The translations under genes were made by a program, and so were the position numbers. A DNA stretch of 64,000 nucleotides from Moniliella sp. 'wahieum' (lineage: Eukaryota). Positions 55,854 through 64,000 of the stretch are shown here, one piece after another. Position 1 is the first letter of the stretch, and the number at the start of each line of letters is the position of its first letter. The stretch covers positions 248,001 through 312,000 of the forward strand of contig RSEE01000061.1 of NCBI GenBank assembly GCA_003971905.1, given 5' to 3'. Under the pieces are notes generated by a model. The model was not told the origin of the DNA and ran no database searches. It worked only from the letters and a program-made list of their open reading frames with translations.

Positions 55854-58800
55854 TGGCCCTGTACCACCTAAAAGTCCCTGTCTCCCCTACGGGTGCACAT
55901 GTCTTGCTCTAGGAGGCACATGCTATCATTCCCATATGCTTCACTGCTCTCAGCAACGACACCAACTTGTGCTCCTAGCCGGACGATCTAGTCAGGGGAG
56001 ATGCCGTAGTTCAACCCGTAGCTGCCCCGCAGGCTGCATTCCATTCAGCAGTCGCAGCATTGCAGTACAGCATCGACTGTCTCGCCCCGTCTGGAATCAG
56101 CCGCAGCACTATACTGTTAGCGCCATGATGCATGCATGAGATAGATCCTGCGCCCTTTTAATGTTACGGGAGAAACGAGATCTGAGAATAGACTGATGGT
56201 GGCCAAAAGGATCAAGCGCAGCCGATTGGCTTTCAAAGGCATTGCGCGCCGAGCTCGCAGTTGGGTTGCGGTAGACACAGGGTTTGGCCAAAAACTGCGC
56301 GCAATGGGCATGCCTGGAAGCATCATCTATCGTACCCTATAGCGTTGGGCCAAAGGGGTCTTGGCCGGGCGGGGAGTACATCGGCAACACGGATAAGTTG
56401 CCGGCTAACTAGGGATTCTCTTTCAACACTAGTCCGACGGGAGAGACGGGGGGTGTTTCGATGATCGATGATCAATGATTAATGAGAGGCCTCCGAAATG
56501 AGGGCCTCGTGCCCTATGTCCGGGAAAGTATCCGCAATGCCCCGTAACGCGTAACGCATAAGGAGTAACTAGTTCCTTCGACCCTTCCTACAGAAGACTC
56601 TAGAGACGGCTAACATGTAACAACGCGCACACATGCCCCGCATCTGCTCTGTGTGATGTATATGGTCCGACCTCCAACCCTCCCATGTGGTTCTGCCCCT
56701 GTCGTCAGTCCTCAGGGCCTCAGGCACCTCTCCACGCTCACGTGGAATGGAACCATCAGTGCATCATCCATCATCGCCTCCCTTTCTCACGCTGTCTACA
56801 TTTATTAGCTTCAAGCTTCTTAAGCCTCAAGCTTCAAGCTTCAAGTTGAAGGTCTGGGAGATCCAGGGTCAAAGAGCCGATCCTGCACCAAGCTTCGTAA
56901 GCCTCCGAGGGCGACACGACACGTTACACATGCCCCTTATGGTGTCGGCTCCGGCAGGGAGGGGAGTCCTACCGCCGTAGGGTAGGTGGAGCCAGGGCCC
57001 AGGGAGGCAGACGGACGAGTGCAACCAGGTGTAGCGCGTAGCCTCAACGTGTTCAGATCTCAGAGGAGACTAGATGAGCCCTACCCTGCCCCTGTAAAAG
57101 ATCAACTAGAGACCGAGAGTCCGAGAGACCGAGAGACCGAGAGAAGGGAGATGGTGTTGGCCCAGCCTTTTAGTCCAGGCCCAGCGCCCCGCTGTTTTCT
57201 GTACCACGCAGCCCAGTGGCACGCGCAGCGCCAAGACGCCATACATCCCGGGATTTCTCCCAAGCTCCAGCCTCCTGTGACCTGTGACCTTCAAGGGCGA
57301 CAGGCAACACGCTTCCCCTATAGGTTCTGCCCTCCCATGTCGGTTTCAGCTACGCCGATTGCAGATGGTAAAATGCCAACTTGCCAAAAGAGGAGTCCGA
57401 TAGGGGGAGGCCAGGAAGGAAGAGCCGTATGGATAGGAAGCAACAGGAGACAAAGTGGCCTGAGGCAGAACCACGCAAGGTTCAGACAGCTGTATGACAT
57501 TACACCAGCCCAGGCCATGCCAAGGAAGAGACGGTGCATGAGGTGCATGCGGCATGAGGCATGTGGTGGCGATCTACTGGTGGAGAACATAGCTCCCTCG
57601 GTATCCCGGGTATGTGTGCTGATGATGGGCGGTGTATGCAGCGCACTCTCTCTCAGTCTCATCGACGCAGGAAGAAGGCTGGTCCAAGGGTAGCAACAAG
57701 TGGGAACGAGGGTGTGGCAGAGCGAGAGAATGGCCCTGTCGGGTGCGTGGCGCTCGTGTACGATGCACCTCCCCCGGTCCCCACGGCGCGTGGTGTGGGC
57801 AGCAATGGAAGGCGATGGAACATGGAGGACCCAGCGGCCCTCCCATCCGGCATGCTGCGTCCAGGCTGCCTGCAGGTGCACGTGCACGGCAGCCAGTGCC
57901 TGACGCATGCAGCATGATGCAGGGTGCACGTGATGCGCGTTGCTTCCATCAAGCTCATCAAGCTTTAAGCTTCAAGCAACGACGCATAAGCTCGACGAGG
58001 TGGGTTTGCATATGCGTGAAAGCGAATGATCAACGAGGACGTGAAACGTTAATGATGTTCATGATGAATGACGCGTGACGCAGCCGCGATGATCGATGAC
58101 CTCGATGGCCAGCCTGAGGCGCGCCTGACTGACGAGACAGGCTGAATGTGTTAGACGTCCAAGTGCTGTGCGCTCGCTCAGGCTCAACACCTGTTCAGCT
58201 GCCAGTCACTCAGCCGCTCAGCCTGAGCACCGAGCACGTCTGAGTACCTGAGGACTGGTCCTGAGGCCGAAGCCCGAGTTACCGAGTTACTGAGTACTGA
58301 TGGTGTGCTGATCGCTGATCGATTGGCTGCGGATGCTCGATGCATGGGCATCAGAGATCTGACTACTTGGCTATGTAGGGCTGAGGCAATGCAAGTATGT
58401 ATACGGCGTGGATGCGTGAAAGTGGCTATGGTATAGGGAGGCTTGAAGCTTGAAGCTTGACGAGGTGGATGAGTTGGATGAGATGGATGCGACATGTGAG
58501 ATGCGCATGCGTACGGTTTCCAGGCAGGGCGACCGGTGGAGAGTAGGGTACCAGTGTTGGATGGGCCGGCTGGGCAGTGCCGGCTGCCAAGCGGACTTTT
58601 GCAGCTACTCTCTGACTTGGCAGTTCATCTGCAACAATCCTCCCGGTGTGAAAGAGCCTGATTCACTGATTAACTGATTGACCTGGCTATCGAGATGAAT
58701 GTGGCGCGGCAGATGTGGATGGATGGCGACACAGCAGGGGCGGGGAAAAGAAAGGTGGAAGATCGGCGGGGAAATGAGGCTAATAGAAAAACTTGCGCCC

Positions 58801-59438
58801 GAGCCCGAGGGCGCCGAGAGAAGCGGTGCCGCCGATTTCTGCCCCGCCGGCGCAGTGAATATGGAGCGCACGTTGATACGTTCGTTGATGCATGATGTGC
58901 TGGGGGCGTTGATATAATGATCCGTACTCAGTGGATACGTTGATAGTCGCGTCGTCACGCGTCAGGTGTCAGGGCCTCAGGGCCTGCTCGAATGATTACT
59001 ACCTGACGATTAACTATGAACTGGCTCACACTCGCCCTGTACGGCGGGCGGGGTGGCTTGCGGGGGCTTGCGGCCGCACGCTGCGCCTACAACCATCGTC
59101 ATCGATCATCGATCATCTGCCCTCGCACCCCCCGCGTACCCGGCCCTGCCCGACACCCGAGCCAGACAGGTCACGGTCAGCCCGCCAGGCAAGCAACGCC
59201 CACGATTAATGATGAGCGCATGATGAGCAGCCATCATGCATCATGCATCAGCGGTCATCTCGTTTGAAAGACCCGAGCCCAGACGAGACGAGCTCACCAT
59301 ATAACCCCCACACCACTCCCTGTGTGCCCACTCCTTGTCTTCTCCCACCCGCCACCACCACCACACCACCACCACCGCTGCCGGCCACCGCTCCCGGATA
59401 CCCCTCTCAGCTCCACCCTCGTGTCTGCCATCGCCATC

Positions 59439-60061
59439 ATGCCATCGCCATTACCCTCGGCTGCCACCGCCACTCCGCCTTCCTCCATCACATCCATGGG
59501 GAGCAGGCCTCGACCAGTACTGCTGCCACCGAGCCCGACAACCACCTCGACCTCGCCTTCAACCCCATGCACCCTTCCCGGCTGGTCTCTTTCCGCGCCT
59601 CGTTGGCACCTGGAGTCTGGAGCGCGTTGTGGCCACCCAGCCACTGGCCAAGTCCTCGACGCACCCCTCGGGCCTTGTCCCCACGGTCTCCTCATCTACA
59701 GCCCAGACGGCTACGTCACCACTTCCATCGAAGGCACCGGACGGCCCATCTTGTACACTGGCCCTTTGAGCTTGCCACCCAAACACTCGCCACGCTCACC
59801 CGATGCACTTTGTTTTGACATGCTCGACTCTTCCATCCCCCCGAAGAGATTGGCACCATCCTTCGACGCGAGCTCAAAATCATTGGCTCTGGGCCTCATC
59901 GTCTCTTGGCCATGCACATGCCCGATAGGGGAAAGGCGTACGTGTTCTCCCCCCTTCCATCTCGCACCCCCCCCCCCCCCGCCTCATGTACTGACCCCAA
60001 GTGCCTTCCACAGTGGTCTCTCGACTTGCATTGGCGACGTCAACAGGTGTTTTCCTTCTGA
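59439..60061 (+). CDS. Small lipocalin-like domain protein; intron about 59938-60013
   Basis: Across frameshifts: RLVGTWSLE...PLGPCPHGLLIYSPDGYV...YTGPFE, and a spliced end LDLHWRR, matching the lipocalin-like (GxW ... LxWxR) pattern. Confidence 0.65.
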
Positions 60062-60829
60062 ACCTCCTTGCCGTCTCCCTCGCTAGTCTCCGCTCTTACC
60101 GTTGTCATGCTGGTACATACCCACCCCCTCTATTCCCATCGTCTTTGCTCCAGCAACCTTTGTTGGCCCAGCTGGATTCGGCTGGATCCTGCTGGCACAA
60201 TGGTTCTGCTTGGATGCTGATCCCGCCGGCCGAGGTTGTCTGCCTATCATACGCCTGTCTGTCTCGTTGTATACTATTACTACCATCTCACAAAGTTATC
60301 TCATCATCTCGCTTTTTGGGTTGGTATACTATAGGCGAACAGTAGGCCCACAGCTGAAGGTCTACTGCGGTTACACTCACACATTGTGCTTGCCAAAGCA
60401 AACATATAATGAGATCACCCGCCGCCAAAAGTGTATCTATCGCCAGGCGACGATCCATGCCACCACCGGCCGGGGGCCACTCGTCGCATCATATTTATAC
60501 ACCCAAACTGGTGCACCGGAACTGATTTTCGCGGGGAGGATGGGTCTGTTCACAGCACCCATGCTGCCATCCTGACTACAGCAACATGATGGTCGACCTA
60601 ACTCTCTATGCCAAAACCAGCTCCAAAACTCGTCAAGGAGAGTGGCCCAATCGTTAGCAGATGGAGGTTCCCCTCGGCTCGTCGGTGGATGGGCTATGTT
60701 CCATCCGTTTCGAGGACCGCTCAGCTACCAAATCAGGAACAACACCTATACAATACTACATGTGAAGGACGGCGTGTGTGTCGCTGCGCGAGTCGCTCAA
60801 TCAGCCCGACCTTGAACAGGTGAATCATC

Positions 60830-61800
60830 ATCATGGACCAGCCTTGTTAGTATGCTCTCTTTCCTGTTGATATGCTATCCTCTGGATCTGTTCAAATGAA
60901 GCGTTTTCACCCATCGGCTCGACCTCTTGAGAGTGGATCGTCACCTCTCGACCATGATGAGAGGAACACCCCAGTTGAGAGACGAATGGTGTGTAGGCTT
61001 TATTTGGGAATACACACTTTGCCATCTGGGTTGGCGTCTCTCGTATAGGCACGCGCACCATCAGTAAAGTGCCATATGCGAAGGCTATATGTTCCGAGCG
61101 TGCAGTCAAAACAAAAAGCCCTTGGAGATTCTCACGAGTAACATTCTTGATGCCTTTACCACATCGAGACACTCAAAGTATAGATATTTCATTGGCGTTA
61201 TGGATCAGACGGTCCCAAACCGCCAGTGGGAACAACGGGACTACACACTTTCCTTATTCACATCCAGCACTCCCATTTACCACAGCTAACCTGCCAGCCA
61301 AAAGACTTGGACGTGAACGTCTGTGGCCAGGTAAGAAAATTGTTGAGATAAACTATGTTTCCAAGACGTCTGTGGTTGACGGTCGGCTAACTTCTCTCCC
61401 CCGTGAGCGATTCAGGGTGCGAGAAACTCAAAGTCATTACGGCCCGGTTCGACATGATGGACTCCCTTCATATATCACACCAGTCAACCGCAAAAAGCGT
61501 CTACAAACAAGTTGAGAGGGCGGGCCACGGTAGGAGGACAGGGTGCAGAAACGCGTATCTCCTCTGCCTCGAGGTATCCTATACCTTAACAGTACATTTC
61601 CCAATAACAAAACAATCCTGGAGATGCGAAACACCCAAGTGATCATATCCCGGTAATCCAATGAGTCAATCCCTGTTGGCAAACATATATGAGGTTGCGC
61701 ACCACACGTCGCTTTAGAGGTCATTAAGTTGCTCGAGGCTTTAAGGTTTAATGGACTCACAAGCGCAAGAGGACATTGCCAACTTGATGCATTCACCCTG
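60830..61800 (-). mobile_element. Possible degenerate KDZ/CxC-type DNA transposase remnant
   Basis: Lower-GC stretch with broken minus-strand frames. CGKGIKNVTRENLQGLFVLTARSEHIAFAYG...RETP and PSCRTGP loosely resemble fungal KDZ-like transposase motifs as recalled; not verified. Confidence 0.3.
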
Positions 61801-62889
61801 CGTACTTAGAATGCAGAGCTCCCTGGCTTAAGCCTTTGCTTCATCGAGTTTACCCCGATGGAACTAACTGAGCCTGGTCAAGATCCTCCATTGTCATAAA
61901 CGTGCACGTTTCCGTGCTCGGCACTGAGGGGCCGACAATCTTCAGTATACTCACTGTACCCCCCCCTTCCCCGCCTCAATTCGCGGAAAGAGGAGTCGGA
62001 TACAACACCGCCGAAAACTCTTTTATCGCAGAGAAGGACCATTGAGCCTTCGCGTGCCCAACGGTTTTAGTTATGAAAGGAGGCCTGGCAGGCATTTTCT
62101 CCAAACCCACACTTCTGTGCAACGTCAATGAAGGATGAGAACGAAGGCAGAGTGCAACGTCGCAATATTCCCCCGAGAGCCAGTACTTGTCCCTGCTCTT
62201 CTCAGCAGGTACAGATGGGGAAACCGCCTCCGTCAGTGCGTTGCCTCGAGCTTCCTTGCCGTCAAGCCACCCAGACAACCCCTGTCAAATGAATTGGTCG
62301 GAGAATAGACCAGTGTGGGTATAGGCATCCTTCTCGACTTCTTGATATGTATTGAAAAGTTGGACAAAGATGCTGGCGGCAGTTACATCCGTCGAGAGCA
62401 GGTCGATTGAGGTGATCGAGCCTGTGTTCATGTTCTGTAACCCGTAGAGGGATACGAATGCTAAGGGAACCGATTATGTGAAGGAGGAACATCTCAATCC
62501 ATCGGCCAGCACGGCTCTCTACAACGCTATCAAGAACGTACGCAAGGCGGTCCGTGTCTATTTCTCCGTACCTCCCGATGCAGATTCCAGGAACAGGCTG
62601 CCAACTCGACTTTGTTCAACCACCCCCCGACAGAGACGTCGTCAAGTGGTCGCAATTTGGGACGCTGCCGAGACACGAGAGATTGTGCTCAAAGGTGTCA
62701 AGCAGTGGAGGGCCGCAAGTTGTTGCCCCTGGGTAAGGCCGACGTAGAAGAAGCGCTCATAGTGCAAAATGGGAGGAACGTTTCCTGGCTCGACACCCCC
62801 CTCGACCACCTTGCCTTCAACGTAGGCCTTCGTTAAAAAGTACCGAGCAAAAAATGCATGCATGATGATTCAGAACTTCCTCCTCTTTC

Positions 62890-63661
62890 TTACTTGAATT
62901 CAAGCGTCCATGCGCTCCGCGGTTCAATCCCTTCATGGTAGTAGAGCGGGTCCTCTTTGGTCATGGTGAAGCCATGGTGTTCGTAAAAGGCCCGCGCATC
63001 CTGGTTGTTGGTTTGCATGTTGAGGTACACACACTCAATCGTGTATTCCTTTCCTTCCTTTCGCTTCCTTGCTCTCTTTGGTGCCCTTGGTGTCCTTGGC
63101 ATCCTTGCTCTCCTTCCCCCCTTGGCCTCCTTGGCCACGGGTGCTCCGGGCTCAGGGAGGGTGATAGTTGTGCCGGGCTTAGCAACCTCAAGCACGTTCT
63201 GGAGCATCTTAGTAGCTAGGTGAAGACGACGGTATGGCGCAAGCACACCCAAAGTCATGATGTATACCTTGAGTGTTGTCTCGGACGTAATCTCGTAGCG
63301 ACAGATAATATTCCCACCGGCAGGTCGTTGAAGTAGGCTGTACGCACGACAGGCCAGGCCAGGTCAGAACAGGACAGGGCAGGACGCGAACATGCCCAAC
63401 CCAAAGAAATGGAAACATACCAATTTTGTTGAGGGAGCGCACTTGAGGCCAGAGCGCTTCTTGGTAGAAGCGGTCTGAATAGACGACCGGGAAGAGGGCG
63501 GCGTGGAGCATTTTGACCTGACCGAGGTTGTTGGGGGTCATTTGGTCCAGCACCGTTTTGCGTGCCGCGACCAGTTCGCGGCGGACGGGCGCAACGGATG
63601 GGGCCGCCTTTCTGCCGCGTGTAGGAAACGACAATGGTGGGAGGGGCGGAAGGTCGACCAT
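62890..63661 (-). CDS. NAT5: N-terminal acetyltransferase Naa50/Nat5 (GNAT); intron 63338-63420
   Basis: TPNNLGQVKMLHAALFPVVYSDRFY, YIMTLGVLAPYRR, VYLNMQTNNQDARAFYEHHGF. Confidence 0.9.
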
Positions 63662-64000
63662 GGCTCGGGCAGTAGTGAGGATGGGCGTGGCTGCTCGTCT
63701 GCCTGGACTCGATTCGTAGCCAGTCGACGAGAGTGGTCCGCCCTATTCTCAGGTGGCACCGGTCTCAGCCATTAATCATTCCGCGCCGCCATTCCGCGCC
63801 TGCCCCCCCAATATGCCGCTTGCACGCGCTGATGGGCTGATGCACCGATGTTGGTTTGCTAGATGCCAGCTACTAGCGAGCCACCATCCCGCCTGCTGCC
63901 ATGAGTGGCGCCGACGTGTCTGCCGCCTCTTCTGCCTCTTCCGCGCCGGCCACTGCGCCCCGCCGGCTGGGGACACCACCACCACTAGCACACACGCCAG

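Overview
GC-rich, intron-poor fungal (basidiomycete-like) genomic DNA. Nearly every conserved gene, including PRP8 and GFA1, carries single-base frameshifts, often in homopolymers. This points to an unpolished long-read assembly, so frameshifts alone were not read as pseudogenes. Genes in order: G-protein alpha (-), atypical transketolase-like enzyme, RPN8, NAC-alpha (EGD2), PIN4-like RRM/R3H protein preceded by a ~300 bp (CCCTCG)n repeat, DnaJ/TPR co-chaperone (-), Bax-inhibitor-1 family protein, an isolated C-terminal GCN1 fragment, a Baeyer-Villiger-type monooxygenase, two copies of acetolactate synthase (ILV2) flanking a decayed chromodomain Ty3/gypsy element with two nested solo LTRs, GFA1, a YRB1 fragment (-), PRP8 (no intein at the usual site), GGC1, a lipocalin-like gene, a possible KDZ-like transposon relic and NAT5/NAA50 (-). 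The most unusual signal is non-coding. At least 15 intergenic arrays have a strict 7-bp period in which TGA (or TCA) is repeated and separated by interchangeable 4-bp palindromes, mostly upstream of gene starts.
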